Shown: positions 46,283 through 57,516, counted from the stretch's first letter. The stretch: 64,000 nt of DNA from an uncultured Oscillospiraceae bacterium (GCA_964512095.1 CAZEIH010000004.1:34919-98918); one strand, 5' to 3'. Numbers and translations: made by a program. Notes: a model not told the origin generated them from the sequence alone.

Positions 46283-49200
46283 TTAGAAAAGGCTCATCTG
46301 GCTACTTTCGGGAATACCTTCAAGGCATCCACTCTGTTGTAATATTTCAATAACTGTTTTACTTACCTTGGCTCTAATCTTTAAATCCTCCACAGAAATA
46401 AATTCACCTTGAGCCCGGGCTTCAACTATCATCTTTGCTGCATTTGCCCCAAGTCCCTGGAGAGAATTCAATGGAGGCCTGAGTCCTTTTTCACATATGA
46501 TAAATTTAGAGGCATCAGATTCATATAGGTCCACCTTTAAAAATTCAAACCCCCTGGAATACATCTCATTCACAACCTCTAATATTGTTAGTACATTTTT
46601 ATCCTTGGCAGTTAAATTATTCCCCAATTTTTCCAATTCAACAGTTTTTCTTTGAGCCATGTCCTTACCACAGGCCATTGTACCTGAATCGAATTCATCT
46701 GCCCTGACTGTAAAATATGTGGCATAAAAGGCAATGGGATGGTAAACCTTAAACCAGCCTATCCTCATGGCGTTAAGTACATATGCCGCCGCATGAGCCT
46801 TAGGGAACATATACTTAATCTTTTTGCAGGACTCAATATACCATTCCGGCACAGCACAGGCCTTCATTTCTTTCTCGTATTCCGGCTTAAGGCCTTTGCC
46901 CTTCCTGACATCCTCCATTATTTTAAATGAAATCTTCGGTGGTAACCCCTTATACATAAGATATACCATGATGTTGTCCCTAGTACCAATAACCTCAGAT
47001 ATTGTACATATATTATTTCTGACCAGTTCCTGAGCATTATTAATCCACACGTCTGTTCCATGGGAAAGACCACTTATCTGTAACAGGTCGGAAAAGGTTT
47101 TGGGCTTTGTATCCAACAGCATTTGCCTAACAAATTTCGTTCCGAATTCAGGAAGTGCAAATGTACCAACCTTGCTATTGATATCCTTAGGCTCAATTCC
47201 CAATGGTTCAGTGCTAAGAAACAGCTGCATCACCTTTTCATCATTCACCGGAACATCAAAAATATCCACTCCCGTCAAATCACAAAGCATCTTTATCATA
47301 GTAGGATCATCATGACCAAGTATATCAAGCTTTAGTATGGTATCATGCAGTGAATGGAAGTCAAAGTGAGTAGTAATAATCTCTGAGCCTGTATCATCCG
47401 CCGGTCTTTGTATTGGCGAAAAATCATATACCTCATTATCGCTAGGAATAACAATAATCCCCCCCGGGTGTTGCCCTGTTGTCCTCTTAATGCCGGTGCA
47501 GCCCTTTATCAGCCTGTTTATCTCTGCACTAGTCGCAACCATTTCTTTTTCATCCAGATACTTTTTAACAAATCCATATGCTGTCTTATCAGCCACAGAA
47601 GCAATTGTACCTGCCCTAAATACATGGCCCTTTCCAAAAAGCACCTCAGTATATTTATGGGCCTGGGCTTGGTATTCTCCGGAGAAGTTTAGGTCAATAT
47701 CTGGGGCCTTATCGCCATCAAAGCCGAGAAAAGTCTCAAAGGGTATGTCATGACCGTCACCCTTCATAAGTTCACCACATTCAGGGCAGCTCTTTTGGGG
47801 AAGATCAAAGCCTGAGCCTACAGAACCATCTGTTATGAATTCTGAGTGCTTACACTTTTTACAAGCATAGTGGGGTGGCAGCGGATTAACTTCAGTAATA
47901 CCCGTCATAGTCGCTGCAAAGGAGGAGCCTACGGAGCCTCTCGACCCTACAATATAGCCGTCATCATTAGACTTCTTCACAAGCTTCTGTGCAATTAGGT
48001 ACATAACAGCGAATCCGTTTTTTATAATAGACGTGAGCTCCTTCTTCAGTCTTTTTGAAACTATGTCTGGTAGTGGGTTTCCATAAACTGAGTAGGCATT
48101 TTCATATGCAAGCTTCTCTATCTCCTGCTCAGCTCCGTCTATTTTAGGAGGATATGTCCCTAGAGGTATAGGTATAACATCGTCTATCATGTCTGCTACC
48201 ATATTTGTGTTTGTTACAACAATTTCAAATGCCTTTTCATCATCCAAATACGTAAATTCCCTCAGCATCTCATCTGTGGTCCTGAAATAAAGCGGCGCCT
48301 GCTTGTCGGCATCTTGATATCCCTGACCACTCATGAGTATACGTCTGTACACCTCATCCTCAGGCTCCATAAAATGAACATCACAGGTGGCAACAACAGG
48401 CTTTTTCAGCTTTTCTCCCAACATCACTATCCTTTTATTAAGCTCCTTTAGCTGTTCATAATCTTCAACCCTGCCATTTGCCACTAAAAAATCATTATTA
48501 CCAAGGGGTTGTATTTCCAAATAATCATAAAAAGAAGCTATTTTCTCAATCTCACTGTTGCTCTTGTCATTCATAATAGCCCTGAATAGCTCTCCTGCTT
48601 CGCAGGCGCTACCAAGAATCAAGCCTTCACGGTATTTCATCAGAAGACTTTTAGGCACTCGTGGTTTCTTATAGAAATAATTAAGATGGGATTCCGAAAT
48701 AATCTTGTATAGATTCTTAAGGCCTGTATAATTTTTGACAAGCACAATTGCATGGTATGTGTCAGTCTTCTTAAAATCAAACTGACCTGAGAATATCCTA
48801 TCAATTCCATCCACTGTCTGTGCGCCCTTTTCCTTGATTATCTCAAGACATCTAATAAAAATTTCTGCAGTTGCATAAGCATCATTCACTGCTCTGTGAT
48901 GATTTTCCAGCTTAACCCCAAGATGCTTTGCTACAACATCTAGCTTATGCTTTTTCAGCTCAGGGAATAAATATCTGCTAAGCTGCAAAGTATCCAAAAC
49001 AGAATTATTAAAAGCCTTGTCATAGAGCAGGGCATAGTGTCTTATAAAGCCGGTATCAAAGGATGCATTGTGTGCAACTACAGGAAGACTACCTACAAAC
49101 TCCAGGAAGCTGTCAACAGTCTGACTGATATCCGGTGCATCGGCAACCATTTCATCTGTAATACCTGTTAGCTTTGTAATGAATTGGGGAATAGGTATGC

Positions 49201-50602
49201 CGGGATTAACAAAAGTGCTAAACTTATCAGTAATCCTGCCATTTTCTACCTTCACCGCACCTATCTCTGTTATCCTGTCCTTAGCTGGATACAAACCGGT
49301 GGTCTCAATGTCAAAAACCACAAAGCCACCATCCAGTGAGTGTCTGCCGTCCCCTTCCTCATATCTCAGCACAACTGGAGCCTCATTATCCAACAGATAG
49401 CATTCTACTCCGTAAATAATCTTTATATTGTTCTTCTTTCCTGCGCTGTATGCATCAGGATATGACTGAACTACGCCGTGATCTGTAATGGCTATTGCCC
49501 TGTGACCCCATTGAGCAGCACGCTCCACCAGCTTGACTGTGGGAGTTACCGCATCCATGGCACTCATTTGAGTGTGCAGGTGCAGCTCTACCCTTTTCAC
49601 CTCTGCATCATCAGTCTTAGTATCCTTCTCCAGTTCGATAATGTCTTCGGCCATAATGGCCAATTCCTTTGAATACTTATCAAACTGAGCCTCTCCTCTA
49701 ACCTTCAGACAGATACCTTGCTTAATCTGCTCAGATCTAAGATCGTAATCATCTTTCTGCACAAAAAACTTTATTGTAAGAGAACTGGTGAGATCTGTAA
49801 TGTCAAAAATACATATATAGCGGTTTCCCCGAATCTCCCTGAAGCTAACATTAAATACGTCTCCGCAAATTGCTACCTTCCCTGACTCCTGGGTAACCTC
49901 ACTCATCTTCATAATGCTACTATTGCTAAAATTTTTTCCCAGAATAATCTCCAAAACTCTGGCATCACTACTATCGGTGTCCTTTTTTTTCCTGCGCTTT
50001 CTTGTTCCATTGGACTGGGCTTTTTCCTCTGCATCAAGTAGCTCATGTATACGGGCTTCTTCATTTTCCTTGAACAGGTTGTATTTTTCCTGGAACTGCT
50101 CATCAACCCTGCGATCGAAAAAAACAACCCGAATTTTTTTTCCGAAAAAACTCTCCACAATCTTTTCAATAAGCTTGTCGCAGCCATTCGACTTCAGTAT
50201 AGCCTCTCCCCTGCTAGAAAGCATAACCTTAAGGACATCCTCCTGCAGTCTCAAACTACAACCGCTTAAAAGGCCTTTGCTCAGCGCTATCCGGGAATTG
50301 ACTATATATAGGATGCTTTCATTGTATGCTTTAATAAGCTCATCTAAAGGAGCTTCAACATCAAAGCTAAGCCTGATCTCTACAATCATTGAAAATGATT
50401 TGGTCAGTGCTGATTGCACCTGATCAATTACCTGTGCGGGTATTAGATTTTCTGATTTGGCCTTTACTAGAAGCTTTCCTGTTTTTCTAAATGCCCTTAG
50501 ACTAGTTATCCTAACTTCACTAAAAAAATCTCGAATATCAGCGTTTAACTCCACATCTGGAAATATCTCAACAAAGCTTTTGTTAACAGCCGGTTCTGAC
50601 AT
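46283..50602 (-). CDS. polC: DNA polymerase III alpha subunit, PolC type
   Basis: At 1439 aa it has an inserted DEDD 3'-5' exonuclease domain (VVFDIETTGL...HNASFD...HRAVNDA), a PHP domain and a zinc finger (CKKCKH...CPECG). Confidence 0.97.
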   Translation of the reverse strand: MSEPAVNKSFVEIFPDVELNADIRDFFSEVRITSLRAFRKTGKLLVKAKSENLIPAQVIDQVQSALTKSFSMIVEIRLSFDVEAPLDELIKAYNESILYIVNSRIALSKGLLSGCSLRLQEDVLKVMLSSRGEAILKSNGCDKLIEKIVESFFGKKIRVVFFDRRVDEQFQEKYNLFKENEEARIHELLDAEEKAQSNGTRKRRKKKDTDSSDARVLEIILGKNFSNSSIMKMSEVTQESGKVAICGDVFNVSFREIRGNRYICIFDITDLTSSLTIKFFVQKDDYDLRSEQIKQGICLKVRGEAQFDKYSKELAIMAEDIIELEKDTKTDDAEVKRVELHLHTQMSAMDAVTPTVKLVERAAQWGHRAIAITDHGVVQSYPDAYSAGKKNNIKIIYGVECYLLDNEAPVVLRYEEGDGRHSLDGGFVVFDIETTGLYPAKDRITEIGAVKVENGRITDKFSTFVNPGIPIPQFITKLTGITDEMVADAPDISQTVDSFLEFVGSLPVVAHNASFDTGFIRHYALLYDKAFNNSVLDTLQLSRYLFPELKKHKLDVVAKHLGVKLENHHRAVNDAYATAEIFIRCLEIIKEKGAQTVDGIDRIFSGQFDFKKTDTYHAIVLVKNYTGLKNLYKIISESHLNYFYKKPRVPKSLLMKYREGLILGSACEAGELFRAIMNDKSNSEIEKIASFYDYLEIQPLGNNDFLVANGRVEDYEQLKELNKRIVMLGEKLKKPVVATCDVHFMEPEDEVYRRILMSGQGYQDADKQAPLYFRTTDEMLREFTYLDDEKAFEIVVTNTNMVADMIDDVIPIPLGTYPPKIDGAEQEIEKLAYENAYSVYGNPLPDIVSKRLKKELTSIIKNGFAVMYLIAQKLVKKSNDDGYIVGSRGSVGSSFAATMTGITEVNPLPPHYACKKCKHSEFITDGSVGSGFDLPQKSCPECGELMKGDGHDIPFETFLGFDGDKAPDIDLNFSGEYQAQAHKYTEVLFGKGHVFRAGTIASVADKTAYGFVKKYLDEKEMVATSAEINRLIKGCTGIKRTTGQHPGGIIVIPSDNEVYDFSPIQRPADDTGSEIITTHFDFHSLHDTILKLDILGHDDPTMIKMLCDLTGVDIFDVPVNDEKVMQLFLSTEPLGIEPKDINSKVGTFALPEFGTKFVRQMLLDTKPKTFSDLLQISGLSHGTDVWINNAQELVRNNICTISEVIGTRDNIMVYLMYKGLPPKISFKIMEDVRKGKGLKPEYEKEMKACAVPEWYIESCKKIKYMFPKAHAAAYVLNAMRIGWFKVYHPIAFYATYFTVRADEFDSGTMACGKDMAQRKTVELEKLGNNLTAKDKNVLTILEVVNEMYSRGFEFLKVDLYESDASKFIICEKGLRPPLNSLQGLGANAAKMIVEARAQGEFISVEDLKIRAKVSKTVIEILQQSGCLEGIPESSQMSLF

Positions 50603-50688
50603 AATGACCTTATCCCCTTTTGTAAATATAACCCCTGATTTATCTGTGTTATTTGTGTTATCTGGTTTCTTCTTCTGATAAATTTTTT

Positions 50689-51750
50689 CTACATCTTCTC
50701 TATTTCTAATAGCAGCTCATCAACTACTCTGTCCTGGGGAATTTTTCGTACAATTTCACCTTTTTTAAATAGAAGGGCTTCATTGTCTCCTCCTGCGATG
50801 CCTATATCTGCTTCTCTGGCTTCACCAGGGCCATTTACCCCACAACCCATCACCGCTACCTTTATATCCTTTTCACAGCCTTCCAGTCTTTTCTCCACTT
50901 CATTTGCTATCTTTATTAGATCTATTCTAGTTCTGCCACAGGTAGGGCATGAAACAAAGTCTACTCCTGCTTTTCGCAGCCCCAATGCTTTAAGCAGTTG
51001 GATGCCCACCCTGATTTCTTCCACCGGATCATCCGTCAATGAAACCCTTAGCGTATCTCCGATTCCCTCAGCTAGCAAGCACCCCAGACCGGCGGCGGAC
51101 TTTATGGTTCCTGCGAAAAGTGTTCCTGCCTCCGTAACGCCTATATGAAGTGCATAGTCAGCTTTCTGAGACATCTGCCTGTATGCCTCAATAGTCATAG
51201 GTACATTGGAAGCCTTTAGAGAAATGGCAATATCAAAGAAATCAAGCTCCTCAAGTATTTTTGCATGGCCAAGTGCGCTTTCCACCATACCAGCCGGCGT
51301 TACTCCGTCATACTTTGCCAGTATAGGCTTTTCAATGGATCCAGAATTAACCCCTATCCTAATGGGTATACCTCTGGGCTTCGCCATTTCAACAACCTTT
51401 TTTACATTATTAGGGCCTCCAATATTTCCTGGATTCAGCCTGATCTTATCAATTCCGTTCTCAATACATGTAAGGGCAAGCCTGTAATCAAAATGTATAT
51501 CCGCAACAAGAGCTATATTTATGGATTTCTTTATATCCCTTATTGCCTCAGCAGCATGTGCATCCAGCACTGCCACCCTTACAATATCACAGCCTGCCTC
51601 CTCCAGCCTCTTAATCTGATTGACAGTAGACCTGACATCTCTTGTGTCAGTATTTGTCATGGACTGTACTGTAATCGGGGCATCACCGCCGATACATATA
51701 TCGCCCACCCGTATCTTCCTGGATTTTTTTCTTTTCACATATTGCTCCAA
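50689..51750 (-). CDS. ispG: 4-hydroxy-3-methylbut-2-en-1-yl diphosphate synthase (MEP pathway)
   Basis: IspG/GcpE motifs ([28 protein letters not shown]). Confidence 0.95.
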   Translation of the reverse strand: MEQYVKRKKSRKIRVGDICIGGDAPITVQSMTNTDTRDVRSTVNQIKRLEEAGCDIVRVAVLDAHAAEAIRDIKKSINIALVADIHFDYRLALTCIENGIDKIRLNPGNIGGPNNVKKVVEMAKPRGIPIRIGVNSGSIEKPILAKYDGVTPAGMVESALGHAKILEELDFFDIAISLKASNVPMTIEAYRQMSQKADYALHIGVTEAGTLFAGTIKSAAGLGCLLAEGIGDTLRVSLTDDPVEEIRVGIQLLKALGLRKAGVDFVSCPTCGRTRIDLIKIANEVEKRLEGCEKDIKVAVMGCGVNGPGEAREADIGIAGGDNEALLFKKGEIVRKIPQDRVVDELLLEIEKM

Positions 51751-51790
51751 AATTCACAACTCCCCTATGATACAATTGAATATCAAGATG

Positions 51791-53083
51791 CTATTTAACC
51801 ACTAGCTTCACTATGTCATTGTAAGCTATATATATACCCAGCAGAATAATTAAAACAAACCCAACTATTGATATATAGGATTCCTTTTCCTGGCTGAGGG
51901 GCTTGCCTCTTACCGCCTCCACTGCTATTAACACCAGTCTTCCACCGTCAAGCATTGGGAAGGGTATTAGGTTTGTAGCCCCTATTGCCACGCTTAGCAA
52001 ACCTGTTATATACATTAGATATACCAGCACATGACCTAAATCCGGAGCCTGACTTACTGTTGTAGTTATGGTACTAACCATGCCTATGGGTCCCATCATG
52101 TCAGATACATTGGCTTTGCCTGAGAAAAGCCAGCCGGGGCTGTAAAAAACACTCCTGATAATAGAATATGTAAAGGCACATGCCTGACCAAATGATTCAA
52201 TTATTCCACCTTTACCTGATGTGTATTTAAGGCCGACATCATACCATTCCTCTGACTTAACCTCCACAGGTATTAGCTTCACATTCACCTCTGCACCGTT
52301 TCTCAGCGCCTTCACTTCCAGTTTGTTCATCCCATTACTGGTGATAGCAGCTGTGATCTCATCAGCATTTGTAACTTCAACTCCATTAATCCCAACTATC
52401 CTGTCATTGGCCATCAGCCCAACTTCTTTTGCTGGCATACCGGGGGAAACATCCTGTATTATATTGGAATCCTCGTTGTTTTCCCTGCTCATCGAAATAC
52501 CTATCATGGGAACTGTACTTTCAGGATAAGTCGTAGGTGTTATTTCAGTAGATAATATTTTATTATCCCTTTCATATTCCACTTTCACAGTATCGCCCTT
52601 GGAAATGTAAAGAAATTGTATAATATCCGTGGGGATATAAGTCCTTTTTCCGTCATAAGATATGATTATGTCGCCCTTTTGGATTCCGGCAGCAACTGCA
52701 GGAGAATTAGGAGCAACATTACTAATTTCGACAGTACTATAGCCCTGGATGGCAAAAAAACCTGTAAGGAGTATAGCCGCCAAAAGCAGATTTGCCAGAG
52801 GACCTGCCAAGGTAGTTAATGCACGAGCATACTTAGGCTTGTTGTTGAAGGCGGCCTCACTGTCGGATTCCTCCTCCTCCCCTAGCATCTTCACATAAGC
52901 CATAACGGGAAATAACCTTAGGGAATACGTTGTGCCCCCTCTTTCAAAGCTGAATATTTTAGGTCCTATAAAAAGAGAAAACTCCAGAACCTTTATTCCC
53001 ATCTTCCTTGCCATGAGAAAATGCCCTAGCTCATGAACTATAACAATTATATTAAAGGCTAGTATAGCCAAGATTATATACAT
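51791..53083 (-). CDS. rseP: Site-2 zinc metalloprotease RseP/RasP (M50) with PDZ domains
   Basis: HELGHF in TM1, PDZ regions, and a C-terminal NLIPFPMLDGG motif. Confidence 0.93.
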   Translation of the reverse strand: MYIILAILAFNIIVIVHELGHFLMARKMGIKVLEFSLFIGPKIFSFERGGTTYSLRLFPVMAYVKMLGEEEESDSEAAFNNKPKYARALTTLAGPLANLLLAAILLTGFFAIQGYSTVEISNVAPNSPAVAAGIQKGDIIISYDGKRTYIPTDIIQFLYISKGDTVKVEYERDNKILSTEITPTTYPESTVPMIGISMSRENNEDSNIIQDVSPGMPAKEVGLMANDRIVGINGVEVTNADEITAAITSNGMNKLEVKALRNGAEVNVKLIPVEVKSEEWYDVGLKYTSGKGGIIESFGQACAFTYSIIRSVFYSPGWLFSGKANVSDMMGPIGMVSTITTTVSQAPDLGHVLVYLMYITGLLSVAIGATNLIPFPMLDGGRLVLIAVEAVRGKPLSQEKESYISIVGFVLIILLGIYIAYNDIVKLVVK

Positions 53084-54222
53084 ACACTACCTCCAACTAT
53101 TTCTCTTGCCCATCTATCTACTTCTATTATATCATCCAAACCTGCCCTTGTATTCACACTGTGAGCAAGCATGGCTTTTTCTATCAGCCTTGGAATATCA
53201 CAAAAGCCTATCCTACCATCAATAAAAAGTGAAACCGCAGCCTCATTTGCGCCATTCATGACCGCAGGCATTGAGCCTCCTGCAGCGAGTGCATCAAAGG
53301 CCAGTCTAAGGCACCTAAATGTGTCCATATCCGGCTCTTCGAAGGTCAGGCTTCCGCATTTTAGCAAATCCAGCTTTGAAAACCCATTAGCCTCCCTTTC
53401 TGGCCAGGTTAATGCCAGCTGGATGGGGATCCTCATATCCGGAGAACCGAGCTGTCCTATCACTGAACCATCCTTGTATTCAACCATAGAATGTATGATA
53501 CTCTGAGGGTGAACAAGTACCTTGATCCTGTCTGGCATAAAGCCAAAAAGCCATCTCGCTTCTATGAGCTCCAAGCCCTTATTCATAAGAGTTGCCGAAT
53601 CTATGGTTATCTTGCTTCCCATACTCCAGTTAGGATGCTTTAGAGCCTGTGAAACAGTTACGTTTTCAAGCTCCTTTTGTTTTTTCCCTCTGAAGGGTCC
53701 TCCTGATGCTGTCAGTATAAGCCTCTCAACATCCTGTCGCCTGTTGCCTGTAAGACACTGATAAATAGCAGAGTGCTCGCTGTCTATCGGAAAAACAGTA
53801 ACTCCATACCGCTCTGCTTCTGACATAACTATGTCGCCGGCTGTAACAAGTGTCTCCTTGTTTGCAAGAGCGATATTCTTACCCCTTCGAATAGCCTCAA
53901 CAGTTGGCACCAGTCCAGCGATTCCCACTACTGATGTTACTACTGTATCAACGCCCTCCACTGAAACAGCAGCTTTCATTCCGTCGGCTCCGCTGTAGAC
54001 CTCTATCCCTGTACCCTTTAATTTCTCTTCCAGTTGGGATACAAGTCTATAATCTGCTATTGAAACCATAAGGGGTTTAAATTCTTTAGCCTGCTGAGAA
54101 AGTAATTCAATATTCTTATTTGCGGTAAGAGCACTTACCTTGATACCTAAGTTGTTAGCAGCTTCTAGTGTTTGCACTCCAATAGAGCCGGTGGAGCCTA
54201 GTATCGCTATATTTGTTGCCAT
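53074..54222 (-). CDS. dxr: 1-deoxy-D-xylulose 5-phosphate reductoisomerase (MEP pathway)
   Basis: GSTGSIG NADPH-binding N-terminus, LANKE and DSEHSA motifs. It overlaps the rseP start by 10 nt. Confidence 0.96.
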   Translation of the reverse strand: MATNIAILGSTGSIGVQTLEAANNLGIKVSALTANKNIELLSQQAKEFKPLMVSIADYRLVSQLEEKLKGTGIEVYSGADGMKAAVSVEGVDTVVTSVVGIAGLVPTVEAIRRGKNIALANKETLVTAGDIVMSEAERYGVTVFPIDSEHSAIYQCLTGNRRQDVERLILTASGGPFRGKKQKELENVTVSQALKHPNWSMGSKITIDSATLMNKGLELIEARWLFGFMPDRIKVLVHPQSIIHSMVEYKDGSVIGQLGSPDMRIPIQLALTWPEREANGFSKLDLLKCGSLTFEEPDMDTFRCLRLAFDALAAGGSMPAVMNGANEAAVSLFIDGRIGFCDIPRLIEKAMLAHSVNTRAGLDDIIEVDRWAREIVGGSVCI

Positions 54223-54265
54223 TTTATCTCCTTTACCACATTCCTTTTAGCTCATAAATTATAAT

Positions 54266-55099
54266 CTAAAAGAATATATTTATGTAGAAATATATGGCGG
54301 GTGCAGTAAAAAGTATGCTATCCACCCTATCCAAAACCCCACCATGACCAGGCATTATGTTCCCATAATCCTTAATTCCCACTGCCCTCTTTATAACCGA
54401 TGCAGACCAGTCTCCAAGCTGGGAAATCACTCCGCAAATCAAACCGATTATTGCAAAATGCATAAGGGGCACATTCAGTACATTTTTAAAATACGCCCCA
54501 AAAGCGACCATGACAATTGTACATCCTATCACCCCACCTATACAGCCTTCAAGAGACTTTTTAGGGCTGATCTTAGGGACTATCTTAGTCTTTCCTATAG
54601 TAACACCAGTAAAATACGCAAAGGTATCAGTCGCCCAGGCACCAATAAATATCATCCATATATAAAGGTACCCATACTCCATTTGCCTTGTTGCTGTTAC
54701 AAAGGAAATAGAAAATATTACATAGGCTACCCCAAAAAGAGTAACTGCAGCATCTTTTATACCATGTCTTCCGTCTGAAAACATAATCACACAAAATAAC
54801 GTAATAAGCATGGCAAAAGTATAAACCGCTGCCGCTAACGCCACGTCTTCAGCAGCTAACAGAAACCTTCCGGGTATTATGCTCAAAAGTGCCATGTAGA
54901 CCAAAGGCAGACATGATATGTAGCCTAAGATATATATGGGTTTATACCCTCCCTTTGACAGCGCTTTATAAAATTCCTGTATTCCTATAAAGGCGAGTAT
55001 TGATATAGCAATGCCAATTGCAACACCCCCCAAGTAAACCACAACCGCCAGCAGTGCTATAGCAACCACTGCGCTTATAACCCTGGTCTTCATCCTCAT
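54266..55099 (-). CDS. cdsA: Phosphatidate cytidylyltransferase
   Basis: CdsA C-terminal signature SxxKRxxxxKDxxxxxPGHGGxxDRxD (SVIKRAVGIKDYGNIMPGHGGVLDRVD). Confidence 0.93.
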   Translation of the reverse strand: MRMKTRVISAVVAIALLAVVVYLGGVAIGIAISILAFIGIQEFYKALSKGGYKPIYILGYISCLPLVYMALLSIIPGRFLLAAEDVALAAAVYTFAMLITLFCVIMFSDGRHGIKDAAVTLFGVAYVIFSISFVTATRQMEYGYLYIWMIFIGAWATDTFAYFTGVTIGKTKIVPKISPKKSLEGCIGGVIGCTIVMVAFGAYFKNVLNVPLMHFAIIGLICGVISQLGDWSASVIKRAVGIKDYGNIMPGHGGVLDRVDSILFTAPAIYFYINIFF

Positions 55100-55842
55100 A
55101 AACCCCCATATCGCCTGCTTCTCTTCTGATATTCGCTTATTGCATCAAGCAAATCCCTCTTCGTGAAATCAGGCCATAATATATTTGAATACCAGAACTC
55201 AGAATATGATGACTGCCACAGTAAGAAATTACTTAGCCTGTTTTCTCCACTTGGCCTGATCACAAGGTCCGGGTCAGGTATGCCTTTGGTATAAAGATAC
55301 TCTGAGAATAGCCTTTCGTCAACATCCTCAGGGTTTATTTTTCCTTCCTTCGCTTCTCTTGCTATATGGGCGGCAGCTGAGGCTATTTCGCATTTTCCGC
55401 CATAGTTAAGCGCTAATACTAAGTTAATGCCTGTATTGGCCAAGGTATTATTTTTAACTCTACTTATCTCCCGTCTTATCTCCTCAGAGAGTTTATCTGT
55501 ATCGCCAATTACATGTATCCTGACGTTTTTACCTGCCAACTCCTTATCAGCATTTTTTAGAAACTCCAACAACAGCGACATCAACGAGTCTACCTCTTCC
55601 TTGGGTCGACTCCAATTCTCTGTGGAAAATGCATAAGCAGTGAGATATCTTATCCCTATTTCATTACATTCAACAACTATCCTCTTAAGGGTATTTGCAC
55701 CCTCTCTATGTCCCATACTTCTGGGCAGGCCACTTTTCTTTGCCCAACGCCCATTTCCATCCATCACAATGGCAATGTGGGTAGGAATATTGTCCTTATG
55801 CTCTATAGCATCCTTGCTTTTTTTCTTTTTCCAAAAAAACAT
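55096..55842 (-). CDS. uppS: Undecaprenyl (isoprenyl) diphosphate synthase
   Basis: HIAIVMDGNGRWA..., GIRYLTAYAFSTENW and RLSNFLLWQ motifs. Confidence 0.95.
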   Translation of the reverse strand: MFFWKKKKSKDAIEHKDNIPTHIAIVMDGNGRWAKKSGLPRSMGHREGANTLKRIVVECNEIGIRYLTAYAFSTENWSRPKEEVDSLMSLLLEFLKNADKELAGKNVRIHVIGDTDKLSEEIRREISRVKNNTLANTGINLVLALNYGGKCEIASAAAHIAREAKEGKINPEDVDERLFSEYLYTKGIPDPDLVIRPSGENRLSNFLLWQSSYSEFWYSNILWPDFTKRDLLDAISEYQKRSRRYGGL

Positions 55843-55891
55843 CTATTACCTCCGGACATACGCGGCTAATTACAGAATTAGCATATAAATA

Positions 55892-55923
55892 ACGTACAAA
55901 GCTGTATCCACAGCCTTGTACGT
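55892..55923 (-). terminator. Intrinsic terminator after the frr / small-ORF unit
   Basis: The minus-strand hairpin acgtacaaggctgt-ggat-acagctttgtacgt has a 14-bp stem with one G-U pair, followed by TATTTATAT. Confidence 0.7.
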
Positions 55924-56126
55924 CAGCTATTCAAATTGCATACTAATAACTCTACTATGTTTTGATCAGACAATTCCTGTCTGATTACTCTGGAGTCAGC
56001 GTTAAAGCCCTTGTCTCTGAGCCGTGGAGAAGCTGTCAGTGTGACCTGTATTCTCTCGAAGCCCTGAAACTTCAATAGCCTGATTGCATCCTCCAGCCTT
56101 CGGCCGGAGACATCCATCATCTGCAC
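55923..56126 (-). CDS. Small stand-alone PASTA-like domain protein (65-67 aa), hypothetical
   Basis: MDVSGRRLEDAIRLLKFQGFERIQV...VIRQE...VELLV follows the PASTA pattern (PDVxGxxxxxAxxxLxxxGF...V..Q.P...V.L.V). The GTG start overlaps the frr stop by 1 nt, with an alternative ATG at 56120. A terminator follows immediately. Confidence 0.5.
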   Translation of the reverse strand: MQMMDVSGRRLEDAIRLLKFQGFERIQVTLTASPRLRDKGFNADSRVIRQELSDQNIVELLVCNLNS

Positions 56127-56683
56127 TAGACTTCCATTATCTCCTTTTCCTTGAGCTCAACTATCTTGTCAATATCTGCTATGTATTTGTCTGTCAGCTT
56201 CTGCATATCATTCTCTGCGTCTCTCAAATCGTCCTCTGTTATCTCGCTGTTCTTCTTATCGGTTTTAAACCGTTCAATGGCCTCTCGCCTAACAGCACGA
56301 ATAGCAATCTTGGCATCCTCACCATTTCTTTTAACGCTTTTTGACAGCTCTTTTCTTCTTTCCTCGGTGAGTATAGGGAATATTAGTCTGATTACCTTTC
56401 CATCATTATTCGGGTTTATGCCAATATCAGATTTCTGAATGGCCTTTTCAATGTCTTTTAATATCTTGGACTCCCAAGGCTGGATAATTATTACCCTGGC
56501 TTCAGGTACTGAGATGCTACCCAACTGGTTTATTGGTGTTAGGGTTCCATAATAGTCCACCATTAGCTTGTCAAGAATAGCTGGATTAGCTCTTCCCGCT
56601 CTAAGGCCTGACAAATCATCCTTGAGGCCGGCTATAGCTTTATCCATCTTCTCTTCATATACTGTGTAAGCACTCTTTTCCAT
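56126..56683 (-). CDS. frr: Ribosome recycling factor
   Basis: A 185-aa protein with Frr pattern (LRAGRANPAILD..., IPEARVIIIQPWE, LTEERRKEL). Confidence 0.96.
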   Translation of the reverse strand: MEKSAYTVYEEKMDKAIAGLKDDLSGLRAGRANPAILDKLMVDYYGTLTPINQLGSISVPEARVIIIQPWESKILKDIEKAIQKSDIGINPNNDGKVIRLIFPILTEERRKELSKSVKRNGEDAKIAIRAVRREAIERFKTDKKNSEITEDDLRDAENDMQKLTDKYIADIDKIVELKEKEIMEV

Positions 56684-56707
56684 GTTAAATCCTCCCTTTG
56701 TTATTTA

Positions 56708-57412
56708 TCAGGTTAAAATAGTTCCAATATTCTCGCCCTTCAATACTCTCAAGATATTATCAGGATTACTCAGGTTAAAAACTATCAATGGAATTTTATT
56801 ATCCATACACAGAGACATAGCAGTGGAATCCATCACACCTAGTCTTCTTGACAGAGCATCTGCAAATGATATACTCTCAAACCTTACTGCATCTGGATTC
56901 GTCTTGGGATCAGCATCATAAACACCGTCCACCATAGTTGCCTTGAGAATCACGTTTGCATCGATCTCAGCTGCTCTAAGAGCTGCCGTTGTATCTGTTG
57001 TAAAATAAGGATTTCCGGTACCACATGCAAATATAACAATCCTTCTTTTCTCCAGATGCCTGACAGCCTTTCTTCTGATATACGGCTCAGCAATCTGTCT
57101 CATCTCTATGGCAGACTGAACCCTTGTTGGTATTCCTCTTGATTCAAGAGCATCCTGTAATGCCAGAGAATTAATCACCGTTGCCATCATTCCCATGTGA
57201 TCTGCGGTAGTTCTATCCATACCAATACCGCTCTTACCTCTCCAGAAATTACCGCCACCAACAACGATAGACATTTCCACGCCCATTTCGTATGCTTCTT
57301 TTATTTTGTCCGAAACGGCACCAAGTGTTTCAGTGTCTATACCAGTTTTCAAATCTCCGGCGAGAGCCTCTCCACTGAGTTTGAGTAGTACTCTTTTATA
57401 CTTTGGCATCAT
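56708..57412 (-). CDS. pyrH: UMP kinase
   Basis: [12 protein letters not shown]..., [10 protein letters not shown] and the rest of the PyrH family pattern. The start is at the ATG ATG at 57412/57409 after a GGGGTAAGGA RBS. Confidence 0.95.
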   Translation of the reverse strand: MMPKYKRVLLKLSGEALAGDLKTGIDTETLGAVSDKIKEAYEMGVEMSIVVGGGNFWRGKSGIGMDRTTADHMGMMATVINSLALQDALESRGIPTRVQSAIEMRQIAEPYIRRKAVRHLEKRRIVIFACGTGNPYFTTDTTAALRAAEIDANVILKATMVDGVYDADPKTNPDAVRFESISFADALSRRLGVMDSTAMSLCMDNKIPLIVFNLSNPDNILRVLKGENIGTILT

Positions 57413-57516
57413 ATTGGTCCTTACCCCCGCTTCATAGATTAATTGTTCTACAAAAATATTAAAATTCCTGCCGCCGCAGTAAAAAGGGAACATATTTTTA
57501 TATGCTCCCTTATTAT

